Translations under genes and position numbers: made by a program
NCBI GenBank assembly: GCA_965248695.1
Contig: CBDFKD010000002.1
Coordinates: forward strand, 2,560,001-2,624,000
Source: Acidobacteriota bacterium
GTDB lineage: Bacteria > Acidobacteriota > UBA890 > WLXD01
Length of the DNA: 64,000 bases
Direction of reading: 5' to 3'
Notes under the pieces: model-generated
The model's database searches: none
What the model was told of the DNA's origin: nothing
The model's input: the letters and a program-made list of their open reading frames with translations, nothing else
In this document: one piece after another, positions 1-8,307 of the stretch
How positions within the stretch are numbered: the stretch's first letter is position 1
Layout of the letters: each line of letters begins with the position of its first letter

Positions 1-2
1 AG

Positions 3-125
3 CCCGGCGTGCTGCTGGAACTGTCGCCGCGCCGGACGTTGGAGGTGTCGGTGCCGATGAGCCTGAGCGGGCAGAACTGGCCCGCCGGGCCGGTCTTCAA
101 CGTCGGGGTCTTCCAGACTTTCTAG
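3..125 (+). CDS. C-terminal fragment of a probable outer-membrane beta-barrel protein (truncated by window edge)
   Basis: Open frame PGVLLELSPRRTLEVSVPMSLSGQNWPAGPVFNVGVFQTF* with alternating hydrophobic residues and a terminal Phe, typical of the last strand of an OM barrel. Confidence 0.45.
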   Translation, partial: PGVLLELSPRRTLEVSVPMSLSGQNWPAGPVFNVGVFQTF

Positions 126-213
126 CAGGCTCGAATCAGGCTGAGTCGACGTGCCAGGCCCACCGGAGGCGTCGAACATCGCTAGGGAGCGCGGGCGATC
201 TCTCGCGCGCTGC

Positions 214-1227
214 CTACATCCAGTCGGGCACCGGCAGATTGTTGTCGCGCAGGAACGCCGGGTTGAAGAGCTTGCTCTGATACCGCTGGCCACCGTCGCC
301 GAGGATCGTCACGATCGTGTGACCGGGTCCAAGCTTCTCGGCCAGGCGCATCGCGCCGGTGACGTTGATCGCGCTCGACCCTCCCAAACACAGGCCGTCG
401 TTCTTCAGCAGCTCGAAGAGCACCGGCAGCGCTTCAGCATCGGAGACGCGGAGGGGCACGTCGATGCGCGCCTCGGCGACGTTACCCGTGATCCGACTTT
501 GCCCGATGCCCTCGGCGATCGAGCTGCCCTCGCTCTCGAGCTGTCCATCGGTGAAGTACCGGTACATCGCGGCACCCATCGGATCGGCAAGCCCGATGGT
601 CAGGTCCGGGCTCACCTCCTTCAGATACTTGCTGATTCCCCCCATCGTGCCGCCGGTGCCAATGGCGCAGATGAAAGCGTCGAGCTTGCCGTCAGTCTGA
701 CACCAGATCTCCGGCCCCGTGGTGCGGTAGTGCGCGCCCCAGTTGGCGGGGTTGTCCCACTGGTTCGCCCACAGCACTCCGCTCGACTCGGTCTCGGCCT
801 TCTCGGCCGCAACCCGCTCCGACACGCGCACGTAGTTGCCCGGCTCCTTGTAGGGCGCCGCCGGCACCTCCATGACCTCTGCACCGCACAACCGGAGCAT
901 GTCCTTCTTCTCCTGACTCTGGTTGTCGGGCATGACGATGAGGGTTCGATAGCCTCGGGCATTGGCCACCAGCGCCAGGCCGATGCCGGTGTTCCCGGCA
1001 GTGCCTTCGACGATCAATCCGCCAGGGCGCAGCGTTCCGTCGATCTCGGCCTGCTGGATCATCGAGAGCCCGGCGCGATCCTTGACCGAGCCTCCCGGGT
1101 TCAGGAATTCGGCCTTGCCGAGGATCTCGCAGCCGGTGGCCTCGGAAGGGCCCGGCAGGCGGATCAGCGGCGTGTTGCCGACCGTGCCGACGAAACCGTC
1201 TCGCATCTGGACATCGCTCGCGCTCAT
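214..1227 (-). CDS. cysK: Cysteine synthase (O-acetylserine sulfhydrylase, PLP-dependent)
   Basis: GNTPL, NPGGSVKDR (PLP Lys), EGTAGNTG and GTGGT motifs; start overlaps the cysE stop. Confidence 0.93.
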   Translation of the reverse strand: MSASDVQMRDGFVGTVGNTPLIRLPGPSEATGCEILGKAEFLNPGGSVKDRAGLSMIQQAEIDGTLRPGGLIVEGTAGNTGIGLALVANARGYRTLIVMPDNQSQEKKDMLRLCGAEVMEVPAAPYKEPGNYVRVSERVAAEKAETESSGVLWANQWDNPANWGAHYRTTGPEIWCQTDGKLDAFICAIGTGGTMGGISKYLKEVSPDLTIGLADPMGAAMYRYFTDGQLESEGSSIAEGIGQSRITGNVAEARIDVPLRVSDAEALPVLFELLKNDGLCLGGSSAINVTGAMRLAEKLGPGHTIVTILGDGGQRYQSKLFNPAFLRDNNLPVPDWM

Positions 1228-1877
1228 TCGTGCTCCAGTTCATCCAGCCGCTTGCGCAGCGTGCTCAGCTCATCGGTGAGGGTGTCGAGTGCCCGGGCAA
1301 CAGGATCCGGAACGTCGGCGCCCGGGGTCCCATAGGCGCGAAAACCCGGCCCCGAGGATCGACCTTGCATCGGGCGAGCGGGCACACCGGCCACGGTCAC
1401 ACCCGACGGGACCTCTTTCAAGACTACGGCGTTGGCGGCTATGCGCGCTCCCGCGCCCACGGTGAACGGGCCCAGCACCTTGGCACCGGCACCGACGATC
1501 ACGCCGTCTTCCAGCGTCGGATGTCGTTTACCGACATCCAGGGTTACGCCTCCGAGCGTCACACCCTGGTACAGGGTGACGTCGTCGCCGATGACGGTGG
1601 TCTCGCCGATCACGCACCCCACTCCATGATCGATGAACAGCCGGCGACCGAGCTCGGCTCCAGGATGGATCTCGATGCTGGTGAGAAAGCGGCCGACATG
1701 CGAGACCATCCGCGCCAGGAAACAGAGGCCGGTACGATGGAGGCGGTTGGCGAGACGATGGATCAAGACAGCGTGGACGCCCGGGTAGGCGAACAGCACG
1801 GTCAGCCGCGAGCAGGCGGCCGGGTCGTGCGCCATGATGGCGTCGACATCTTCTCGGACAGCGCGCCAGAGCTTCAT
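1224..1877 (-). CDS. cysE: Serine O-acetyltransferase
   Basis: DPAA...YPG, IEIHPGA, FIDHG, LYQGVTLGG and KRHPT hexapeptide-repeat motifs; start set at ATG 1877 (MKLWRAVRED) after GGAGA. Confidence 0.95.
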   Translation of the reverse strand: MKLWRAVREDVDAIMAHDPAACSRLTVLFAYPGVHAVLIHRLANRLHRTGLCFLARMVSHVGRFLTSIEIHPGAELGRRLFIDHGVGCVIGETTVIGDDVTLYQGVTLGGVTLDVGKRHPTLEDGVIVGAGAKVLGPFTVGAGARIAANAVVLKEVPSGVTVAGVPARPMQGRSSGPGFRAYGTPGADVPDPVARALDTLTDELSTLRKRLDELEHE

Positions 1878-1932
1878 CTCAGATCTCCAAAGCGGTCGCT
1901 GATGATGGTATCCACCGGCAACGGTTCGGGGA

Positions 1933-4002
1933 TCAGTCGCAGGCGCTGCAGTTGTCGTTGTTGACGCCGCCGAGGCTCTCCAGTAGGCCGACCGTCTCGG
2001 GGTAGGGCTGCACGCGCTGGTGCGGGCTGTTGGCCATATCGACCGTCGTCTGCCCTTTGCGGCTGACGACCATAATATCGGCGCCCTGAGCGACGAGATA
2101 CTCGACGAGCGTGTTGTCGCCGCGTGCCGCCGCGTTGTGCAGGGCCGAGTAGCCGGCGTGATCACGGACGTCGACGTCGACGCCGAGCTCCTCGATCAGA
2201 TACCTCGCCGCCGGAATCCAGCCGTCGGGCACGTAACGATGCTGCTGGCCGACGCGCGACGTTCCGTAGCCCACGCCGGTTGCGGCGTGCAGCGCATGCA
2301 CCGCCGGACCGCCGACGGGAATCGGTGGCAACCCGGACTTGTCCTTGTCTTCCTCTTTTTCTTCCGCCGTTTGCTGCGCACCACGTGGTCCGGCGCCATC
2401 GAAGCGGCGACGACGCTCGGCCGGCTTCTTCGTGCGAATGTCCGGGTCCGCTCCGGCAGCCATCAGCCGGCGCATCGCGGTGACGTCCAGCGAGTACGCG
2501 GCGCGCCAGAAGGGCGTCGCCCCGGCGAAGTCGACGCCCATGCGGCCGGCGTTGTAGGCGGCGTACCAGACATGCGTGTTGACCCGCGCATCGGGGTCGG
2601 CGCCGGCGTCCAGCAGGGTGTCCATGAGCTCGAGATAGGAGATCTGCTGCTGCTTCGACGCCGTCGGCTGCGGGTACCAGGTGCGCAGCGCCCATTCGTT
2701 GTTGATCGTTGCGAAGAGCGGCCCGACGCCGTCCTCGCTGACCAGGTTGGGATCGGCTCCGACCCCCAGCATCATCATAGCCAGATCGAAGTTGCCGTTG
2801 ATGATAGCCACCAGCAGCGGCGTCGAGCCGTCGCCGGCGGTCGTCTGGTTGACGTCGGCACCGGCCTCGAGCAGTAGCGCGGCCACATCGGTGCGGCCGT
2901 CACGCGCCGCGTAGTGCAACGCTGTCATGCCGCCCTGGGCGCCTACGAGATCGTTGTACGAGGGCGGTTCCGGCTCCTCCGGCTTGTCGGGATCTTCAGG
3001 CTCCTCGGCGCCCGGTTGCGGCTCGGCATCCGGTACGGTGGTCGGAGCGTCGGGGTCCTGGTTGGCCGGGTCTGCGCTGTCCGGGTCTGCGCTGTCTGTG
3101 TCTGCGCTGTCCGACTCTGGGCTGTCCAGGTCCGGTCCATCCGGCACTGTCGTTGGCTGGTCGGGCTCCTCCGGGAGCTCGCTCTCGCCGGTCTCGGGAC
3201 CACGAGTCTCCGTGTCAGGATCCTCAGCGTCGGGAGTCTCGGCCGCGGGGACCTCGGTCGGCTTGTCCGGCTCGTCGGGGACCGCGTCCGCTTCCTCGAC
3301 CTCCTCCTCCTCTTCGGGCTCCTTGGCGGCGTCAATGATGCGCTGCCGACGACGTCGCTCCACCGCGTCGGCCTCGGCGCGGGCGCGGTAGTCGATCACC
3401 CGGGTGGCAAGTCCGACGTCAGCGCCGGCGGTAAGCAGCGTTTCGACCGCTGCCGTTCGGCCTTTGGCGGTGGCAAAGATAAGCGGCGTACGTTCAGCTC
3501 GAGCGTCCTGCCCGTCGACGTCGGCTCCGCGTTCCAGCAACGCTCGGAGGGCGTCAGTGCTACCCGACTGCGCCGCCAGGTGGATGGCGCTCACTCCGGT
3601 CGCCGTGAGGGTCTCGGGCCGGCTTCCGGCCGCGAGCAACGCCGCCACCGCTTCAGCGCGGCCGTCGCGGCTGGCCAAGTGAAGCGGCGTGTAGCCGCCC
3701 AGCCGGGTCGTCGGTTCCACCACCGCGCCGGCGTACATCAGCACGCTGATCAGCTCGGCATCGTCGTTCATCGCAGCCCAGTGCAGCGCCGTCATGCCGT
3801 CACCGCGCGGCGCGTTGACGTCGGCACCGTCGCGCAACAGCGACCGCACGGTATCGCCGTCGCCGCGCATGGCCGCGTCGGCGACCGGCGCCTCGACTGC
3901 CGATGCCGACGGCATGGCGGCTGTCACCGGTAACGTGGCTGCTGCGGGCAAGGCCGCCAGAGCGAGAGCAGCGACGAACATAATGAGCCTGCGGTTACGC
4001 AT
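1933..4002 (-). CDS. Secreted ankyrin-repeat protein with a long acidic/Pro-rich linker and C-terminal CxxC
   Basis: Signal peptide; repeats GMTALHWAA, GYTPLHLAS, RTPLIFA, GMTALHYAA, GSTPLLVA, GYSALHNAA; ends NNDNCSACD. Confidence 0.85.
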   Translation of the reverse strand: MRNRRLIMFVAALALAALPAAATLPVTAAMPSASAVEAPVADAAMRGDGDTVRSLLRDGADVNAPRGDGMTALHWAAMNDDAELISVLMYAGAVVEPTTRLGGYTPLHLASRDGRAEAVAALLAAGSRPETLTATGVSAIHLAAQSGSTDALRALLERGADVDGQDARAERTPLIFATAKGRTAAVETLLTAGADVGLATRVIDYRARAEADAVERRRRQRIIDAAKEPEEEEEVEEADAVPDEPDKPTEVPAAETPDAEDPDTETRGPETGESELPEEPDQPTTVPDGPDLDSPESDSADTDSADPDSADPANQDPDAPTTVPDAEPQPGAEEPEDPDKPEEPEPPSYNDLVGAQGGMTALHYAARDGRTDVAALLLEAGADVNQTTAGDGSTPLLVAIINGNFDLAMMMLGVGADPNLVSEDGVGPLFATINNEWALRTWYPQPTASKQQQISYLELMDTLLDAGADPDARVNTHVWYAAYNAGRMGVDFAGATPFWRAAYSLDVTAMRRLMAAGADPDIRTKKPAERRRRFDGAGPRGAQQTAEEKEEDKDKSGLPPIPVGGPAVHALHAATGVGYGTSRVGQQHRYVPDGWIPAARYLIEELGVDVDVRDHAGYSALHNAAARGDNTLVEYLVAQGADIMVVSRKGQTTVDMANSPHQRVQPYPETVGLLESLGGVNNDNCSACD
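3068..3127. repeat. Four-copy 15-bp tandem repeat encoding DSAD(P/T)/DSPES in the ankyrin linker
   Basis: gggtctgcgctgtcc / gggtctgcgctgtct / gtgtctgcgctgtcc / gactctgggctgtcc. Confidence 0.8.
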
Positions 4003-4025
4003 TCGTCACCTCGCGAACATGCCCC

Positions 4026-5441
4026 TCAGGGGCGTCCTGCATCCGGGTCGGAAACGGCGAAGGAGAACTCCCCGGTACTGTCACCAAAGCTATCGAGGTC
4101 GGAGACGCCGAGCTTGTTCAACAGCGTCAGCATCACGTTGGCCATCGGCGTGCCTTCCTCGGCGGCGACGTGTACCCCACCCTCCAGCTGGCCGTTGGCA
4201 CCGCCGAGGAGAATCAGCGGGCAGCGTCGGTGATTGTGCAGATTGCTGTCGGCCATCGGCGACCCATACATGATCAGCGTCTTGTCGAGCAGGTTGCTGT
4301 CGCCGTCGGTTGTCTCCTGCAGCTTTTGCAGGAAGTACGGGAGCATGCCGACGTGGTACTCGTTGATCTTGGCGTAGTTCATGATCTTGTCCTCGCGCCC
4401 ACCGTGGTGCGAGGCCACGTGGAACCCCTGATCAACGCCACTACCCGGATAGACGCGGCCGGATCCATCGCGCCCGAGCTTGAGCGAGAACACCCGCGTG
4501 ATGTCCGATGAAAAGGCCAACACCTGGAGGTCGAACATCAGCTTGACGTGCTCCTCGAACGAATCGGGCACTCCGGCGGGCGCCTCCGGCAGCTCACGCG
4601 GCCGACCGCTGGTGTTGCGCGCCTCGATGCGCTGGATGCGCTGCTCGATCTCGCGGATGCTGTCGACATAGCGGTCGAGCCGGAGCCGGTCGTCCGGACC
4701 GATCTCGCGTCGCAGCCCGGCCATCTCCTCCATCACCCAGTCGAGGATGCTGCGGTCTGCCCGACGGCGAGCAGCACGCTGCTCCGGCGTGCCGCCGGCG
4801 CCGAACATCTGCTCGAATGCGGCGCGCGGATCGCGCACCATCGGCAGCGGTTCCGACGGTGACGCCCACGAGATGGTATCGGTGTACACGCAGGCATAGC
4901 CGTAGGCGCAGCCGCCCGCCTGATCAACGTTCTCGATGCTCAGCTGCATGGACGGGATCGGCGTATCCCGACCGAATCGCTGTACGTACAGCTGATCCAT
5001 CGAGGTGCCGATGTAGACATCCGACCCTTCGGTGAGCTTCGGGTGGGCCTGGGTCAGGAAAACGGCGCTCGAGCGGAAGTGATCGCCTCCGATCTCGTCG
5101 GGATTCAGCGCGTCGGCCATCCTGGCGTCGGTGTTGCTGACGATGGTCAGGTAATCCTGGAACGGAGTGAGCGATTTCAGGCTGCCAGCGCTGAGGTCGA
5201 AGCCACGACCCACTTTCTCGGGCGCCCACAGGTTGAGCGATTCGCCCAGCTCGTTGCAGCCCGCCGCACCGTGCACCTGTTCGATACACACCATCCTGGT
5301 GTGCCCGGAGGCCTTGCCAGCGGCGGTCTCGGCCAGCAACGAGCGCGCCGGGATCATGGCGTCAAGCAACGGCACGCTGATTCCGGCGCCAAGCCCGCGA
5401 AGAACCGTGCGTCGGGAAAGGTGCTTCTTGGTGATGTACAT
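4026..5441 (-). CDS. DUF1552 family protein, Tat-exported
   Basis: Twin-arginine SRRTVLRG signal; GGDH, GCAYGYACVY, HVASHH and SNLHNH motifs; lies directly after a DUF1592 gene. Confidence 0.88.
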   Translation of the reverse strand: MYITKKHLSRRTVLRGLGAGISVPLLDAMIPARSLLAETAAGKASGHTRMVCIEQVHGAAGCNELGESLNLWAPEKVGRGFDLSAGSLKSLTPFQDYLTIVSNTDARMADALNPDEIGGDHFRSSAVFLTQAHPKLTEGSDVYIGTSMDQLYVQRFGRDTPIPSMQLSIENVDQAGGCAYGYACVYTDTISWASPSEPLPMVRDPRAAFEQMFGAGGTPEQRAARRRADRSILDWVMEEMAGLRREIGPDDRLRLDRYVDSIREIEQRIQRIEARNTSGRPRELPEAPAGVPDSFEEHVKLMFDLQVLAFSSDITRVFSLKLGRDGSGRVYPGSGVDQGFHVASHHGGREDKIMNYAKINEYHVGMLPYFLQKLQETTDGDSNLLDKTLIMYGSPMADSNLHNHRRCPLILLGGANGQLEGGVHVAAEEGTPMANVMLTLLNKLGVSDLDSFGDSTGEFSFAVSDPDAGRP

Positions 5442-5449
5442 CGTTGCCT

Positions 5450-7900
5450 CTAGTCGATATCGGCGGCTATCGCGGCCTGGGCTCTGCTCATCCGGAAAGC
5501 ACCACTCTTGGCCACGCCAAGGAGAAACGACGACATCGCGTAGCCGTTCTCTTCTGCGTCTCGCACGATCGCACGGATCGCCGGCATATCGTAATACTCC
5601 ACGCGCCGTCCAAGCGCGTAGGCCATGAGGCTTTCAGTGAAAAAACTCGCGAACACGTCGGAGCGACTCAAGAGCGCTGCTCGCAAATCTCCGGGGCCGT
5701 TGATTGGCGTGCCGTCGTAGAGCTCGCCGGACGCGTCGACGGGTACACCGCGGTCGCGAATCCGCCAGGCGCCGGTAACGTCGAAGTTGTCGAGCGCCAG
5801 CCCGATCGGATCGATGACGTTGTGACACGAGCTGCAGGCAGGGTTGGCGCGATGCTCGGCAAGCTGCTCGCGCACCGACAGGAAGCGATCCCCCTTTACG
5901 CTGGCGGTTTCCTCTAGATCCGGAATGTCCGGTGGTGGCGGCGGCGGCGGACTGCCGAGCAACACCTCCATGATCCATTTGCCGCGCAGCACCGGCGAAG
6001 TGCGGTTGGCGTGCGAGGTGAGCGTGAGAATGCTGCCGTGTCCCAGTAGGCCACGTCGCTGGTCGTTCGAGTACGACACGCGGCGGAACTCGGTGCCGTT
6101 GACCCCAGGTATTCCGTAGTGACGTGCCAGGCGCTCGTTAACGAACGTGTAATCGGCGCTCAACAGCTCCAACGCGCTGCGATCCTCGCGCACGAGGAAC
6201 GAGAACAGCATCTCGGTTTCGCGCTGCATGGCCTCGGCGAGCGTGTGGTCGAAGTACGGGTAGGTCAGCGCGTCGGGGTCGACCTTGCTGAGGTCCTGCA
6301 GGCGGAGCCACTGGGCCGCGAAGCGGGTGGCGAGCGCCTCGGACCGCGGGTCCGACAGCATCCGGCGCACCTGGCGCTCGATCGTTTCCGCGGTTGAAAG
6401 GTCGCCGTGCTTGCTGGCCTCTACGAGCTCCCGATCGGGAGGTGCGCCCCAGAGGAAGAACGAGAGGCGCGAGGCCAGGTCAACATCGCTGATGCGGTAC
6501 ACCTCGCCGGGCTGCAGGGTGGTGGGGGCCGATTCCATCCGAAATACGAAGTGCGGGCTCGCCAGCAGCGCTTGCAACGCCATGCGGACGCCGCCCTCGA
6601 AGCCACCATCCGCCGCGCCCTGCTGGTAGAACCGCATCAGGCCAGCCAGGTCGCCGTCGCGCAACGGCCGTCGGTACGCCTGCGTGGCCAGGCGTGCAAG
6701 GATGCGCTCGGCGCACGGACCAGCCTCGTCGGGAGCGGTCGGACGGCAAACGAAGACGCGCCGCCGGGTGGGGTTGTCGGAGACACCGGTAACCTCGAAG
6801 GGCCCGACGATGGAGAAGTTGCTCAGATGGGGCAGCGTCGTCACCCCGTAGCCGAGCCCGATCTGCTGGTCGGCAAGCGTGTGATCGATCGGCGTTACCA
6901 GGTCGTCTTCCGGCCCGTCGTCGCGACGGATGAACGCCACCGCCACCATCCGCGGCCCGGCCCGCACATCGATCTGGTTGGTGACGATCGTGGCGCCACC
7001 GGCATCCGACTCCGACATCCAGCGGTCGAGCTCGAGCACCGCCGCTCGCTCCCCGTCAATCGAGATATCGATCGTCTCGCCGAGCGAAGTTCGGCCGAAC
7101 AACTCGCCTTCCGCTGCCACATGCGGCATGACGCGGAACTCGTACTTGCCGTCGGCGGGGAAATTGTGCACCACGGCGATGCCGCCGCGCGTCCCGAACG
7201 GCGCCCCGTCGACGCGCTCCTTCTGCGACGCCGTGCGCGGCACCGTGTACATGGAGGAGGCGGAATCAGTGTCAGGATCGCCCAGCGCTGCGCGGCTGAT
7301 GTGGCCGGCGGCGCGGAGGTAGCCCTCCATCAAGGTCGCCGAGGGCATCTGAACGTCGGCGATGTTGTCGAAGCTGGCGCTCTTCGTATCCAAGGGAAGG
7401 AAGAGGCTGACGTCGATGTCGAGCCCCAGCAAATCACGAACCGAGGCGGCGTACTCGGCACGGTTGAGGCGCTGGAACGTGCGGCGGCCGGGTTGCGGAT
7501 CGGCGGCAGCGGCATCGTCGATGCTCGCCTCGAGCGCCACCACCAGCGCCTCCACGACCTCCCGGTCCGGCTGGCGCGCCGTCGGCGGCGGCATCATGCC
7601 GGCGCGCAGCTTGCGGATCATCTTCTCGGCGATCTCGGCGTGCTCGGGGGCGCGTGCGGCGTCGAACGTCTCCAGCGTCAGCCCGCCGGTGCGTGATCCG
7701 TCGTTGTGACAGCGAAGGCAAAACCGTCCGATGGTCTGGTTCTGGTCTTCATACGACATGCGCTCTTCGACCGTCGGCGATGTCACCGCGTTCGGGGACT
7801 CCGCGGACCCTGGCTCCAGGCGGCGGGCAAGGCCGACGTCGACCGTGAGACCAAGCAACAGCAGCGCGCAGATCGGGACTGCGATGACCAGCTTTCTCAT
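5450..7900 (-). CDS. DUF1592/DUF1588/DUF1587/DUF1595/DUF1585 multidomain protein with c-type heme motifs
   Basis: Start at ATG 7900 (MRKLVIAV, signal peptide); CLRCH and CSSCH heme motifs; QRLNRAEY, LASRLSFFLW and RTSPVLRGKW family motifs. Confidence 0.88.
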   Translation of the reverse strand: MRKLVIAVPICALLLLGLTVDVGLARRLEPGSAESPNAVTSPTVEERMSYEDQNQTIGRFCLRCHNDGSRTGGLTLETFDAARAPEHAEIAEKMIRKLRAGMMPPPTARQPDREVVEALVVALEASIDDAAAADPQPGRRTFQRLNRAEYAASVRDLLGLDIDVSLFLPLDTKSASFDNIADVQMPSATLMEGYLRAAGHISRAALGDPDTDSASSMYTVPRTASQKERVDGAPFGTRGGIAVVHNFPADGKYEFRVMPHVAAEGELFGRTSLGETIDISIDGERAAVLELDRWMSESDAGGATIVTNQIDVRAGPRMVAVAFIRRDDGPEDDLVTPIDHTLADQQIGLGYGVTTLPHLSNFSIVGPFEVTGVSDNPTRRRVFVCRPTAPDEAGPCAERILARLATQAYRRPLRDGDLAGLMRFYQQGAADGGFEGGVRMALQALLASPHFVFRMESAPTTLQPGEVYRISDVDLASRLSFFLWGAPPDRELVEASKHGDLSTAETIERQVRRMLSDPRSEALATRFAAQWLRLQDLSKVDPDALTYPYFDHTLAEAMQRETEMLFSFLVREDRSALELLSADYTFVNERLARHYGIPGVNGTEFRRVSYSNDQRRGLLGHGSILTLTSHANRTSPVLRGKWIMEVLLGSPPPPPPPDIPDLEETASVKGDRFLSVREQLAEHRANPACSSCHNVIDPIGLALDNFDVTGAWRIRDRGVPVDASGELYDGTPINGPGDLRAALLSRSDVFASFFTESLMAYALGRRVEYYDMPAIRAIVRDAEENGYAMSSFLLGVAKSGAFRMSRAQAAIAADID

Positions 7901-8030
7901 GCCACCTTCATATCTAGGCAGGAGCGTCACCCAGAGGCGGGAGCGGAACATCGGAGCAGCAAAGCGTCCGGCACTCCGGAGGCTCGCTGCCGACCTCGAA
8001 ACATAACACCAGAACCGAATTCTACCGGGT

Positions 8031-8195
8031 ATGTGGCCAATCTCCAGGAGATCGAGCTCAACTCTGGAATTCAGCTTCGCTGGTCTCACCGCCGCCGAAA
8101 CTGCCGAGGCACTGGGCGTGTCACTGAGCACGGTCGAGAGAAGCTGGCGTGCCGTGCGCACATACCTTGGTCGGGAGCTGGCGGGGGCTCCCTGA
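8031..8195 (+). pseudogene. Isolated region-4 (HTH) remnant of an ECF sigma factor
   Basis: 54-codon ORF ending ...LEFSFAGLTAAETAEALGVSLSTVERSWRAVRTYLGRELAGAP*, resembling the C-terminus of TIGR02999-type ECF sigmas; no region 2 upstream. Confidence 0.65.
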
Positions 8196-8231
8196 TCTCA
8201 TGTTTCCTCGGCCCTGAGCGCGCAAGCGGAT

Positions 8232-8257
8232 GAAACCGTTTCGCGCCCGTGGCCGTC
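8232..8257 (+). promoter_or_regulatory. Putative ECF-sigma-dependent promoter of the ADOP permease gene
   Basis: GAAAC-N17-CGTC about 50 nt before ATG 8308; same spacing as the motif at 19608-19638. Confidence 0.5.
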
Positions 8258-8307
8258 CTGCATAGCAGGACTGCACGCGTTCGCTACGGCCAAACTCGGG
8301 AACGACT

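Noticed and set aside
151-1335. 394-aa plus-strand ORF and the many other long antisense ORFs (e.g. 6407-7696, 38436-39851, 53919-55526)
   Set aside because: Shadow frames of well-supported genes in high-GC DNA; no recognisable motifs.
7901-8161. N-terminal extension of the 903-aa DUF1592 ORF
   Set aside because: The signal peptide and RBS fit ATG 7900, and the extension is antisense to the sigma remnant.
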